Part shown: positions 9,983-20,385 of the stretch, piece after piece
Layout of the letters: the number at the start of each line of letters is the position of its first letter
Position numbering within the stretch: position 1 is the stretch's first letter
Assembly (NCBI GenBank): GCA_963765765.1
Contig: CAVXYC010000014.1
Coordinates: 192,001-256,000 of the forward strand
Direction of reading: 5' to 3'
Length of the DNA stretch: 64,000 nucleotides
DNA from: an uncultured Chloroflexia bacterium
GTDB taxonomy: Bacteria > Chloroflexota > UBA6077 > JACCZL01
Translations under genes and position numbers: made by a program
Notes under the pieces: generated by a model
The model's input: only the letters and a program-made list of their open reading frames with translations
Told to the model about the DNA's origin: nothing
Databases searched by the model: none

Positions 9983-11456
9983 GCCAGCCCCGCCTCGATC
10001 TCACTGACAAGCGGCGTCATATCGAGTCCATCGAAACCGAGAAATCGCGCCAGCTCATCTGCCGTATAACGCTGTCCTTCGCGCCAGCGGTCGCGCAGAA
10101 ACGCCCCGGCGCGGGGATGACGGAACCATTCTTCGTCGTATTCGCGCCGCAGGAAATCTTTGAAGAGCGCTTCCAGTGTCCAGGCACGCATGTACTGGGC
10201 GGAGTAAAACGCGCTGTCCACGTCGCTCAGGAACTCTTCTGGCGCGTAGTTCACCATGCAGGTGGTGGGTGAAGAAATCGGCGTAGTACTCGGCCATCGA
10301 CTCGACGTCCGAAGCGCGATGAAGCTCCTGCTCGTACAGGATCTTCACGGCGTAGCGGCGTAGCATGTACAGCTTCTGGAACATGCTCAGCGTGAGATAG
10401 TCGCTTGGCTCGTTGAACTGAAGCCGATGCCGCAGCCAGGCACGATCCGTGGTCAAGTACTGGAGCTGAAAGGCGAATGATTCAGTGACCGAGTTATCGC
10501 CCAGCCACTTGAAGGCAAATGGGAGACTCGGATCCATGTTGGCAAAGTGCTCAGCATGCCCGCCCTCGTGCAGCAGCGTCTCGTAATCGCTGAAGCCCCC
10601 GCGAGGCATGATCACCAGCCGGACGTCACTTGGAATGCTAATCGGCGCACAGAACGCCCGCGGTGACTTGGTGGGGCGGGCATCAGTATCTAGGCGGATA
10701 CTGGTCTGATCCTCCAGCCGCAACCCCAGGTCCAGCAGCGTCTGGTAGAGCATGGCTATGAGGCCGTCTCGCGGGAAATAGGCATCGTATCGAGGCGCCC
10801 TGAATGCCCAGGCCAGATCGCACTTGGCGGCATCACCCGGATCCACCTCCGCATCGCCCAGCACCTGCCGCAGACCGGATTCGTACAGGTTCGCGGTGTC
10901 AGCCAGAAATTTCTCGAGGCGAACGCTCAGCCCCGCGAGGTCGAGTCCGCGGAGCGAATCCCACATCGCCACGTAGTCCGTGAAATCCAGCTCCTGGGCT
11001 AGATCGCGCGATGCTTCCTCGCGATCGATGTACAGGCGATTGTGCTGACCCGTTTCAGCAAGCCAGCGCTTCCATAGCTCGCGGCGCCGCTCCGGGTCGG
11101 CCTCGTTGGTCCAGCGAACCGGCGTCGTTCGATATGCGACAGCCTCGCCATCCCAATCAATGACCGCGGCGGATTCGATCTCCGCGATCTCTTCCGAGAG
11201 CTGCTTAGACCCGGTTTCCCTGCAGCCCGTCGGCGATGAAATCCAACAGGAATCGGCGCTGCTTGTCATCGAGCGTCTGCTCATCGAGCTCGCGCATCTC
11301 CTGGTACGTGTCCACCTGAAACAGATGGGCGAAGGTGTCATAAATGGGCGTCATGTCCAGGGTCGGCTTGAGACCGGCGCCATGGAGATAGTGCTCACGC
11401 GTGATGGCGCTGTTGAACCGCTCGGCGTCGCGCTCGAAAGCGGCGAGATTCAGCAT
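9979..11456 (-). CDS. M3-like zinc metallopeptidase (HExxH), split by two apparent frameshifts (~11205, ~10257)
   Basis: ORF pieces 11205-11456, 10055-11341 and 9979-10257 join into one protein with [17 protein letters not shown] and a downstream NSVTE. Confidence 0.7.
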
Positions 11457-11536
11457 GCTGGCAATCCTTCACAAGCAGTACTGGCCTAAGCATACGGGAG
11501 AAGCCCTACGGCGCTTGGCGTATCATTGGCCGCGAT

Positions 11537-12623
11537 ATGCGCGTCGAGGCAATCGTCCGAGATCCCGAGCTGCATCGCCTCCCGGCGCTCGCCGAACGGT
11601 TGGAGCGACTGGGGTTCGATGGCCTGTCGATCCCGGAGGTCAAGCGCGACCCATTCGTACTCGCGGGGCAGGCCGGCAGCGCGTCTTCTTCGCTCCGGAT
11701 TGCCACCGGAGTGGCGCTGGCCTTCCCTCGCAGTCCAACTCTCACCGCCTACAGCGCGCGCACGATCCACGATCTCACGGGAGGTCGATTTGTCCTGGGC
11801 CTGGGGACACAGGTTCGCGGGCACATCGAACGGCGCTTCGGCGTTCATTGGACTGCACCCGTGCAGCGCCTGCGCGAGTATATCGGGGTGGTGCGAGCGG
11901 TCTGGCGAAGCGTGGGACGCTGGCGATGGTACTCACTTCGATGGTCAGCACTATCGCGTCAGCTTGATGACTCCGGAGTTCAGCCCACCACCTAACGCCA
12001 ACGGGATGATCCCGATTCACATCGGCGCAGTCAACGTCCACATGCTGCGGCTGGCTGGTGAGGCCTGCGACGGTGTGCGCCTACATCCGTTCTGCACGCC
12101 GCGATATCTGCAAGAGGTGGCACTGCCAAACCTGGCTTCGGGAGCCGAGGGCAGCGGACGCCCGCTCTCAGCGCTCGAGATTGTCAGTGGTGGGTTCATT
12201 GCCACCGGACCGGACGAACAGACGGTAGTGACCACTCGTGAAGAGATCCGCCGGCAAATAGCGTTCTACGCATCCACTCGCGGGTACGCTCCGGTGCTGG
12301 AGCTACACGGTTGGAGTGAGCTCGGCGGCGAGCTTCGTCGGCTTATTGCCCAGCAGCGCTGGTCCGAGATGGCCTCGCTGATATCGGACGAGATGCTGGA
12401 CGCATTCGCCGTGGCTGGAACCTACGAGCACGTCGCCCCTCTGGTGAACGCAAGGCTTGGCGGTCTGGTTGACACGCTATCACTCAACGTGCCTGCTGAT
12501 GAAGCGCACGATGAGGCCTTCGCCAGTCTGGTGCGGGAGCTCCAACGGATTCCTGGACGAGCCGGTCAGCCGGCTCCAGCGCAAGGCGCGCTCCGCGCCC
12601 GGTTTCCTCATGGTGGCTGCTAG
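11537..12623 (+). CDS. LLM-class (probably F420-dependent) oxidoreductase, apparent frameshift ~11915
   Basis: ATGVALAFPRSP, GRFVLGLGTQVRGHIERRFG, then GAVNVHM, HPFCTPRY, IAFYAST in a second frame. Confidence 0.85.
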
Positions 12624-12646
12624 AATCGAAGCGTGAGGCGCTGGGC

Positions 12647-13919
12647 ATGACGTCACCAATCGCAGGTACGGACCCGCACTCGGGAAAGCCGAGGGAGCTG
12701 TTCAACGTCTTGCCGCCGCCGGACGCGTTACGTCGCCTCCTCGAGCACCTCCCCACCCGCCAGGCAGCCGAGCACATTCGAACCGCTGATGCGCTTGACC
12801 GCGTGCTTGCCGAAGACCTCGTCTCGCCCGAGGATCTTCCATCGTTTCCGCGTTCCACGATGGATGGGTTCGCCGTCCGCGCCGCCGATACGTACGGTGC
12901 CAGTGAAGGGCTACCCGCGTACCTGGACATCGTGGGCGAAGTGCTCATGGGTCGCAGCCCAAGCGTCACACTGAATGTTGGTGAGGCTGCCCGCATTGCC
13001 ACCGGCGGCATGGTGCCCGCGGGCGCCGATGCCGTGGTGATGATTGAGCAGACGCAGGAAGCATCTGGTTCGCTCGTCGAGGTTCTGCGACCCGTTGCCG
13101 TAGGCGAGAACGTGATCCAGATCGGCGAGGACGTCACGCGCGGCGCCCCCTTATTGGCGCGTGGCCACACCCTGCGGTCCCAGGACATCGGTGGATTGCT
13201 GGCCATGGGCGCAACTGAAGTCCCCGTAGCCAGAAAGGCGCGCGTCGCCATCATCTCCAGCGGAGATGAGGTTGTGGCACCGGATCAAGCGCCCGCGCCC
13301 GGGCCAGATTCGGGACATCAACAGTTACACACTCGCGTCGTTGGTGCGGCGCGCAGGACACGACCCAGACATCCTTGGCATCGTCCCGGACGTCTACGAG
13401 CAGCTCGAGGAGGCGGCTCAGCACGCCTTGCGAGATCACGACATGCTGATCCTTTCCGCCGGCAGCTCGGTCAGCACGCGTGATATGACCGCGGACGTCA
13501 TCGCCTCACTGGGCTCGCCCGGGGTGCTCGTGCACGGTGTCTCTCTCAGGCCAGGAAAGCCAACCATTCTGGCTGTGGCGGATGGCAAACCGGTGTTCGG
13601 CCTACCCGGCAACCCGGTCTCGTGCATGGTGACCTTCGACCTGTTCGTAGCGCCCTCGCTCGCCCATATCACCGGTCAGACCGAGGTCCCGCGTATCACC
13701 CGTCGGGCACGATTGACGAAAAACATCGCATCCGCATCGGGGCGTGAGGACTACGTGCAGGTGCGACTTACAGAGCGTGATGGCGAGCCATGGGCGGACC
13801 CGGTCTTCGGCAAATCCAACCTGATCTACACACTCGTCCGCTCCGATGGCATGGTGAAAGTGGAGCTGAATCAGGGAGGACTGGTGGAGGGCGCATGGGT
13901 GGATGTGATCCTGTTCTGA
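12647..13919 (+). CDS. moeA: Molybdopterin molybdotransferase (gephyrin-like), apparent frameshift ~13300
   Basis: STMDGFAV, IATGG, GADAVVMIE, SSGDE, then SAGSS, RPGKP, GLPGNPVS. Confidence 0.9.
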
Positions 13920-13994
13920 GCCACGTCTGCCGCGGCGGGGCGCTCACAGAAGTAGGTGCTGTTGTCCAGGGAGCGTCTGACGGTCTGTTCACGA

Positions 13995-14105
13995 GGGGAC
14001 CCCACCCCGGCCCTCCCCGCTGCGGCAGGGAGGGAGCGTCGTTTACGGTAAACACGAGCTCCGGCTCCTCCTGCCGCAGCGGGGAGGGCTGGGGTGGGGT
14101 TCCCC
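13995..14105. repeat. Long GC-rich inverted repeat (REP-like doublet) between the two moeA genes
   Basis: GGGGACCCCACCCCGGCCCTCCCCGCTGCGGCAGG ... CCTGCCGCAGCGGGGAGGGCTGGGGTGGGGTTCCCC, about 35-bp arms. Confidence 0.8.
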
Positions 14106-14209
14106 CGCAAGGTTGCTACGGTCTGAAGCACGTATACCTACCTCACTTCTCCCACCAAGTAAAGCCTCAGCCGGTCGTCGCTTTCACTCGAACGAATCGA
14201 TTACGGACC

Positions 14210-16132
14210 ATGCACGGTAAGCCGTACCTCGAAGACATTCCGCTAGACGAGGCGCGCAGGCGCCTCGATGGAGCGCTCAACCGCGCAGGCGGCGCCCTGA
14301 TGTCGGGTGAAGTCATACCGCTCCAGGAGGCCCTCGGGCGCGTCACTGCCGAGCCAGTGTGGGCAGCTATCTCGTCGCCGCACTATCACGGCGCCGCGAT
14401 GGACGGCGTAGCGGTCAGGGCGCTCGAGACACTGGGCGCTACGGAGTCGCACCCCCTCGCACTCACACTGGGCCGCCAGGCGCACTGGGTGGACACCGGC
14501 GACCCGCTCCCTGAAGGTACGGACGCGGTCATCATGTTGGAGCATCTCCAGCAGATCGGCCACGAGGCGGTGGAGATCATGGCTGCCGTGCCGCCGTGGC
14601 AGCATGTGCGCTCCATGGGTGAGGACATCGTTGCCACGGAGCTGGTCTTGCCACAGGGTCATCTTTTGCGCCCGGCCGACCTGGGAGCCATCGCCGCGTG
14701 TGGCAATACGTCGGTGACGGTTCGCCGCAAACCACGCGTCGCCATCATGCCAACGGGCACCGAGCTCGTCCCGCCAAGTCCGGATGTCAAGCCAGGCGAG
14801 ATCATCGAGTTCAATTCGCTCATCCTGGCCGGCCAGATTACCGAGTGGGGCGGAATCCCAACCCGCCTGCCGGTGACGACCGATGATCGCGCGGCGCTTC
14901 GCGCGCGGCTCGTCGAGGCAGTTGACCAGCATGACGTGGTTCTGGTCAACGCGGGTTCTTCGGCGGGATCGGAAGACTACACGGCAGGCCTGGTGGAGGA
15001 GCTGGGCGAGCTTCTGGTCCATGGAGTGGCCGTGCGTCCGGGGCATCCTGTCATCCTGGGTGTCATCCAGGGCAAGCCAGTGATCGGGATTCCCGGCTAC
15101 CCGGTGTCGGCGACGCTCACCAACGATCTCTTTGTGCGACCACTGATGGCGCGGCTCCTGGGAATCCAGCCCACGGCCCGCCCCCGTCGCACCGCCACGA
15201 TGACTCGCAAGGTGCTCTCGCCCATGGGTGAAGACGAGTTCTTGCGCGTGAACCTCGGTGTTGTAGGCGGCAAGACGATGGCAACGCCGCTCCAGCGCGG
15301 CGCCGGCGTGATCATGTCGCTGGTTCGTGCCGACGGCATCGTGACCCTCCCACGCTTCTCCGAAGGGGTGCACGCCGGACAGGAAGTAGAAGTTGAGCTC
15401 TTCCGAACGCCGGAAGAGATCGAGCGCACGATCGTCGTCATTGGAAGCCACGATCTCACGCTCGACCTCATCTCCAGCGAGCTCGCCGTACGAGCGGGCG
15501 GGCTGAGCCTCTCATCCTCGAACGTCGGCAGCCTGGGCGGGCTGCTCGCGCTACAGCGAGGTGAAGCGCATCTGGCAGGATCTCATCTTCTGGACGAAGA
15601 GACCGGCGAGTACAACTTTTCCTACATTCGGAAATACATCCCGAATCTCCCCGTGACCGTGGTCAATCTGGTCTTCCGTGAGCAAGGTCTGATCGTACCG
15701 CGAGGCAATCCTCAGGAGCTCGCCCAGGTGCAGGATTTAGCACGCGAAGGCATTCGCTTCGTGAATCGTCAGCGCGGGTCCGGAACGCGAGTGCTCCTGG
15801 ACTATCGACTCAAGGAGCTGGGCATCGATCCGTCGAGCATCGATGGCTACGACCGCGAAGAGTTCACGCACCTGATGGTGGCGGCTTCAGTGGCCGGCAG
15901 TACCGCCGATGTCGGCCTGGGCATTCTGGCCGCGGCGCGCGCGCTGAACCTTGACTTTATCCCGCTGCTCCAGGAGCGTTACGACCTCATCATCCCAACC
16001 GAGCACTATGAAAGCGATCTGCTCCAGCCGCTGCTGGCACTCATTCGCGACGTATCATTCCAATCGCGCGTCGAGGCCCTCGGAGGGTACGACACGTCCC
16101 GTATGGGGCAAGTCATAAGGAGTGATGAGTGA
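14210..16132 (+). CDS. moeA: MoeA fused to a C-terminal periplasmic-binding-type (LysR substrate-binding-like) domain
   Basis: AMDGVAV, VDTGD, AGSSAG, GIPGYPVS; C-terminal GSHD, VGSLGGL, NRQRGSGTR. ATG 14210 is preferred over the ORF-track start, which crosses the repeat. Confidence 0.9.
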   Translation: MHGKPYLEDIPLDEARRRLDGALNRAGGALMSGEVIPLQEALGRVTAEPVWAAISSPHYHGAAMDGVAVRALETLGATESHPLALTLGRQAHWVDTGDPLPEGTDAVIMLEHLQQIGHEAVEIMAAVPPWQHVRSMGEDIVATELVLPQGHLLRPADLGAIAACGNTSVTVRRKPRVAIMPTGTELVPPSPDVKPGEIIEFNSLILAGQITEWGGIPTRLPVTTDDRAALRARLVEAVDQHDVVLVNAGSSAGSEDYTAGLVEELGELLVHGVAVRPGHPVILGVIQGKPVIGIPGYPVSATLTNDLFVRPLMARLLGIQPTARPRRTATMTRKVLSPMGEDEFLRVNLGVVGGKTMATPLQRGAGVIMSLVRADGIVTLPRFSEGVHAGQEVEVELFRTPEEIERTIVVIGSHDLTLDLISSELAVRAGGLSLSSSNVGSLGGLLALQRGEAHLAGSHLLDEETGEYNFSYIRKYIPNLPVTVVNLVFREQGLIVPRGNPQELAQVQDLAREGIRFVNRQRGSGTRVLLDYRLKELGIDPSSIDGYDREEFTHLMVAASVAGSTADVGLGILAAARALNLDFIPLLQERYDLIIPTEHYESDLLQPLLALIRDVSFQSRVEALGGYDTSRMGQVIRSDE

Positions 16133-16191
16133 TGGGTCATGAGTGATGAGTCACTCGCGACCTCATCACTCATGACCCATCACTCATCACT
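16121..16191. repeat. Perfect 30-bp inverted repeat made of GTGATGA-type heptamers
   Basis: AGTGATGAGTGATGGGTCATGAGTGATGAG (16121-16150), 11-nt loop, exact reverse complement at 16162-16191; contains the moeA stop codon. Confidence 0.9.
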
Positions 16192-16208
16192 ATCTTGAGG
16201 GAGCGCTC

Positions 16209-17621
16209 GTGGATGACCAGCTAGATCTCGTCGTTATTGGAGCTGGGCCGGGCGGGTATGTGGCCGCGATTCGTGCGGCTCAGCTCGGCATGCGCGCCAC
16301 AGTAGTTGAGCGAGACGAGCTGGGCGGCGTGTGCCTCAACCGTGGCTGTATTCCGACCAAGGCGATGCTGCGCAGCGCTGACGTGTTCACGACCATGCAG
16401 CACGCCAGCGATTACGGCGTCTTGGCAGATAACGTTCGGCTGGACTACGCGTCGGTAGTAAAGCGCCGTGAAAAGGTGGTGAAGCAGCTCACCGGCGGCG
16501 TGGGGGCACTTCTCCAGGGCAACAACGTGCCAGTAATCAAAGGCTCCGCTCGGCTCGACGGACGCAGCGTCGTGGTGACCGCCGCGGACGGCGAGCAGCA
16601 GACGATCGCCGCTCGAAATATCATGCTGGCCACGGGCTCGGTCCCGGCTACGCCACCCATACCAGGCGCGGACGGAAACAGAGTGATCGACTCGGACGGT
16701 GCTCTACTGCTCGACCACGTCCCGGCCAGCGTGCTGGTGATTGGCGGCGGCGCCGTGGGCTCAGAATGGGCCAACATCTTCCACAGCTTTGGCGCCTCGG
16801 TCACGCTGGTCGAGATGCTGCCGACGCTCCTCCCGGTCGAAGACGAGGACATGGGCAAAATGCTGGCACGCAGTTTCAGCCGTCGCGGCATCACCGTGCA
16901 CACCGGCGCAAAGCTCCTGGAGATCCTGGATGCGGACGACGGCCAAAAGGTCGGAGTCATCGAGCTGAAGGACGGTCAGCAGACTCGAGTCTCCGCCGAG
17001 TACGTCATGATCGGCATCGGCCGCCGGCCCAATACTGCCGGGCTCGGCCTCGAATCAGCGGGTGTAACGACAGACCGCCGCGGGTTCGTGGAAGTGGACG
17101 ACCACTTGCGCACCAATGTGCCAAACATCGTCGCTATCGGGGATTTAACTGGCAAACAGCTTCTCGCCCACCTTGCATCGCATCAGGGCGTGGTGGCCGC
17201 CGAGAACCTGGCCGGGCACGAGAAGACCATGGATTATCGAGTAGTGCCCTCGTGTACCTTCACCCACCCCGAGGTGGCCACGGTGGGTCTCAGCGAGGTC
17301 GCCGCGCGAAATGCAGGTTATGACGTGCGGGTGGGCACATTCCCGTTCCAGGCCAGCGGCCGAGCCATGACCTACGGCGAGACGGAAGGCATGGTCAAGG
17401 TCGTTTCGGAATCAAAGTACGGCGAGCTTCTGGGCATGCACATCATCGGCGCGAACGCCAGCGATCTCATCCATGAGGCCGCGTTGGGCATTCGTCTCGA
17501 GGCCACGCTGGACGATCTCGCGGACACGATACATGCGCATCCATCGCTTGCTGAATCGATCCATGAGGCCACTCTGGCCGCCTGCGGCAGCCCGATCCAC
17601 CTTCCGCCACGACGACGCTGA
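16209..17621 (+). CDS. lpdA: Dihydrolipoyl dehydrogenase
   Basis: GAGPGGY, GGVCLNRGCIPTK, HAHPSLAE. Confidence 0.95.
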   Translation: MDDQLDLVVIGAGPGGYVAAIRAAQLGMRATVVERDELGGVCLNRGCIPTKAMLRSADVFTTMQHASDYGVLADNVRLDYASVVKRREKVVKQLTGGVGALLQGNNVPVIKGSARLDGRSVVVTAADGEQQTIAARNIMLATGSVPATPPIPGADGNRVIDSDGALLLDHVPASVLVIGGGAVGSEWANIFHSFGASVTLVEMLPTLLPVEDEDMGKMLARSFSRRGITVHTGAKLLEILDADDGQKVGVIELKDGQQTRVSAEYVMIGIGRRPNTAGLGLESAGVTTDRRGFVEVDDHLRTNVPNIVAIGDLTGKQLLAHLASHQGVVAAENLAGHEKTMDYRVVPSCTFTHPEVATVGLSEVAARNAGYDVRVGTFPFQASGRAMTYGETEGMVKVVSESKYGELLGMHIIGANASDLIHEAALGIRLEATLDDLADTIHAHPSLAESIHEATLAACGSPIHLPPRRR

Positions 17622-18313
17622 TGCTGCGCGTCATCGATCTCGGTCAGATCGACTTCGATTCGGCCTTTGCACTACAAGAGCGCCTTCTCGCGGAGCGCGA
17701 CGCGGAGATAATTCCAGACACGCTGCTCCTGCTCGAGCATCCACCGACGATTACGATCGGTCGACGGGGCAGCGAGGCCGATGTCTGGGCTTCACCAGCA
17801 GCACTGGAATCGGCTGACATCGTCATCCGATCCACGAATCGCGGAGGGCTCGTCACCTATCATGGACCGGGTCAGGTGGTGGGCTATCTCATTTCCCGGC
17901 TGGCCAGCTTCGCAGGCAACGCCCCGGCTCTCGTGCATGGTTTGGAAGACGGGATCATCAAGACACTCGCGCAGTTCGGCATCGAAGCGTTTCGATATCC
18001 CCATCACCGCGGGGTTTTTACGGAGGCGGGAAAGATCGCGGCCGTCGGCCTGGGAGTACGCCGCGGGATCACCATGCATGGCTTTGCCCTGAACCGTGAG
18101 CCCAATCTCGGGCATTTCGCGCTGATCAATCCGTGTGGCCTGGCCGATCTCGGCGTGACATCGATGGAGCGACTGCTCGGCGCCGCGCCCGACGGGCGGG
18201 GCGTAAACGACGCGCTCGCATTCCACATGGGCGCGGTGTTCAACCAGGAGATTACCCGCGCCGACGCCCTTGCGGGAGCGCTCGCCCAGGCTTCGCAGAG
18301 CCGCATCCCGTGA
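17621..18313 (+). CDS. lipB: Lipoyl(octanoyl) transferase
   Basis: LLEHPP, RGGLVTYHGPGQ, KIAAVG, HGFALN, INPCG. Confidence 0.93.
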   Translation: MLRVIDLGQIDFDSAFALQERLLAERDAEIIPDTLLLLEHPPTITIGRRGSEADVWASPAALESADIVIRSTNRGGLVTYHGPGQVVGYLISRLASFAGNAPALVHGLEDGIIKTLAQFGIEAFRYPHHRGVFTEAGKIAAVGLGVRRGITMHGFALNREPNLGHFALINPCGLADLGVTSMERLLGAAPDGRGVNDALAFHMGAVFNQEITRADALAGALAQASQSRIP

Positions 18314-18396
18314 GGGTGCGGTCCTTCCGCATATTCTCGTCTGAGGGCGCTGGATTGGCGGCAGAGGAACCGCACCCTCACGGGATGCGGCTCTGC
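18295..18396. repeat. REP doublet (REPIN-like) overlapping the lipB stop codon
   Basis: GCAGAGCCGCATCCCGTGAGGGTGCGGT and its exact reverse complement; each arm is an internal palindrome (CCGCATCCC-GTGA-GGGTGCGG). Confidence 0.85.
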
Positions 18397-18448
18397 CGGA
18401 TCAGTGAATCCATCAGGCCGCGCAATTTTCTAGTAAAATACTAGGGAA

Positions 18449-19678
18449 ATGCCATTTGGACCACTGGCCAACCTGCCGATCTTCGGGAAGCGTGCGGGCA
18501 AGACGCCCCCCGAAACCAACGAGCTCAAGGCCCCCGAGAGGACGAGCGCACCCATGACGCAAGCTGCTGAAACCGCCGAAACCGGGCGCGAGAGTGAGGT
18601 GCTCCAGGCGTTGGGCACCATCCAGGATCCCGACCTGCATCGCGATATCGTCTCACTCGGATTCATCAAGAATCTGGCGATCAATGATGGCGCGGTCAGT
18701 TTCACGATCGAGCTCACGACACCCGCCTGCCCCGTGCGCGATCAAATGCTGGAGTCAGGCAAGTCCGTCGTATCGCGCCTGCCCTGGGTGACCGAAGTGA
18801 GCGTGGAGATGACCGCGCAAACCGTCTCGGGGCGTCGCGGCGCGCAAGGTGAGCTGATTCCCGGCGTGAAGAACGTCTTCGCCATCGCATCGGGAAAGGG
18901 CGGCGTGGGCAAGTCCACCACCAGCGTCAATGTGGCCATGGCCCTGGCGCAGACCGGCGCCAAGGTTGGGCTCCTGGACGGTGACATCTACGGCCCCAAC
19001 GTGCCGCTCATGATGGGCATCAAGGAACGCCCTCAGCTTCATGGCGAAGAAGGCCGCATTGAGCCGATGCAGTCATACGGCGTGAAGCTCATGTCCATCG
19101 GCTTTTTCATCGACGAGGACAACCCGGTCATCTGGCGTGGACCAATGGTGCACGGCGCCATGCAGCAGTTCCTGCGCGACGTAGTCTGGGGTGAGCTGGA
19201 TTACCTGGTCATCGATCTGCCGCCGGGCACAGGCGATGCTCCGCTGAGCCTGGCGCAGCTTATTCCACTTTCGGGAGTCGTCATTGTCACCACTCCGCAG
19301 GACGTAGCGCTCCAGGACGTGGCCAAGGGCATGTCGATGTTCCGTCGACTTGAAGTTCCGGTCATCGGTGTAGTGGAGAACATGAGCTACTTTGTCTGCC
19401 CGAACTGCGACGAGAAGCATGAGATCTTCGGCCAGGGTGGCGGCGAGCGCATTGCCAAGCACTTCGGTGTACCGTTCCTGGGCAAGATCCCACTCCAACC
19501 GCGCGTTCGCGAGGGCGGTGACGCGGGTCAGCCAGTGGTCATCACTCACCCGGACAGTATCGAAGCACAAGCATTTCAGTCGGTAGCCAAGGCCATAGCC
19601 GCGCAGGTCAGTATCCTGGCACTGCAAAAGCAGACCGAGGGGCTGATTCCGATTGACAGCCTGATGATCGAAAAATAG
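18449..19678 (+). CDS. apbC: Mrp/NBP35 iron-sulfur cluster carrier ATPase with N-terminal DUF59-like domain
   Basis: DPDLHRDIV, LTTPACP, SGKGGVGKST, WRGPM, DLPPGTGD, ENMS..CPNC. Confidence 0.92.
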   Translation: MPFGPLANLPIFGKRAGKTPPETNELKAPERTSAPMTQAAETAETGRESEVLQALGTIQDPDLHRDIVSLGFIKNLAINDGAVSFTIELTTPACPVRDQMLESGKSVVSRLPWVTEVSVEMTAQTVSGRRGAQGELIPGVKNVFAIASGKGGVGKSTTSVNVAMALAQTGAKVGLLDGDIYGPNVPLMMGIKERPQLHGEEGRIEPMQSYGVKLMSIGFFIDEDNPVIWRGPMVHGAMQQFLRDVVWGELDYLVIDLPPGTGDAPLSLAQLIPLSGVVIVTTPQDVALQDVAKGMSMFRRLEVPVIGVVENMSYFVCPNCDEKHEIFGQGGGERIAKHFGVPFLGKIPLQPRVREGGDAGQPVVITHPDSIEAQAFQSVAKAIAAQVSILALQKQTEGLIPIDSLMIEK

Positions 19679-19761
19679 CCAGCCCCGGGACCGATAGGCG
19701 CTGGGGTTACCGACTCATAGTCTCATCGTCTCATAGGTCCGCTCGCATGGCTATACTCTCC

Positions 19762-20102
19762 ATGGACCGTGGAGGAAGCGCGACCGCTCTCTGGATCTCA
19801 CGATTCGGGGAGAGGAAAGTCCAGACAGCGCAGAGCAGGGTGCCCGGTGTAAGCCGGGGTCGGGCAACCGATAGCTAGAGCCACAGAGACTATGACCCGG
19901 GGCGCACGTCCGCGAGGACGGCGCTGCTGGGGGTGAAAAGGGTAATCCTCCCCGCTGCAACCCCAAGCATGACCGCTGAAGCTGCTCGCTAAGGTCAGGG
20001 TAGGGGGCACCCCAACGCAGGTTGGGGGCAGGCGCGGCAACGCGCTTCGCAGATAGATGGTCGCATCCAACAAAATCTGGCTTACTCTCCTCCGCGGTCC
20101 AT
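19762..20102 (+). ncRNA. rnpB: RNase P RNA
   Basis: Conserved GAGGAAAGTCC and ACAAAATCTGGCTTA, plus GCCACAGA and GGTGAAA; terminal P1 ATGGACCGTGGAGGA / TCCTCCGCGGTCCAT; -10 box TATACT just upstream. Confidence 0.95.
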
Positions 20103-20385
20103 TTTCCCTACCCGGAATAGTCCTTTTGGGTCCCTGACTCGAACGCAACCATCTAAGCCGTGTCTCGTTCACCAGCCGTACGAACTTTCGCCAGTACTGA
20201 AGAAACGTCCCAATCTCCACGGTGGAAACGTTCTCCAATGTACTGACGACTCCGTAACTCAGGTGTGACATTCGGCTGTTGCCCCACACTCGTATGGGCA
20301 ACTACCCTGTTGGGGCGGGAAGCACTGTGCTAATACATCCCGACCCAACAGGGGCGTCAATTCTCAGAGGTGGACCCAGCGTACC

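Noticed and set aside
13790-14209. Long N-terminal extension of the second MoeA in the ORF track
   Set aside because: It reads through the upstream moeA end and a palindromic repeat; MoeA-like sequence begins at ATG 14210.
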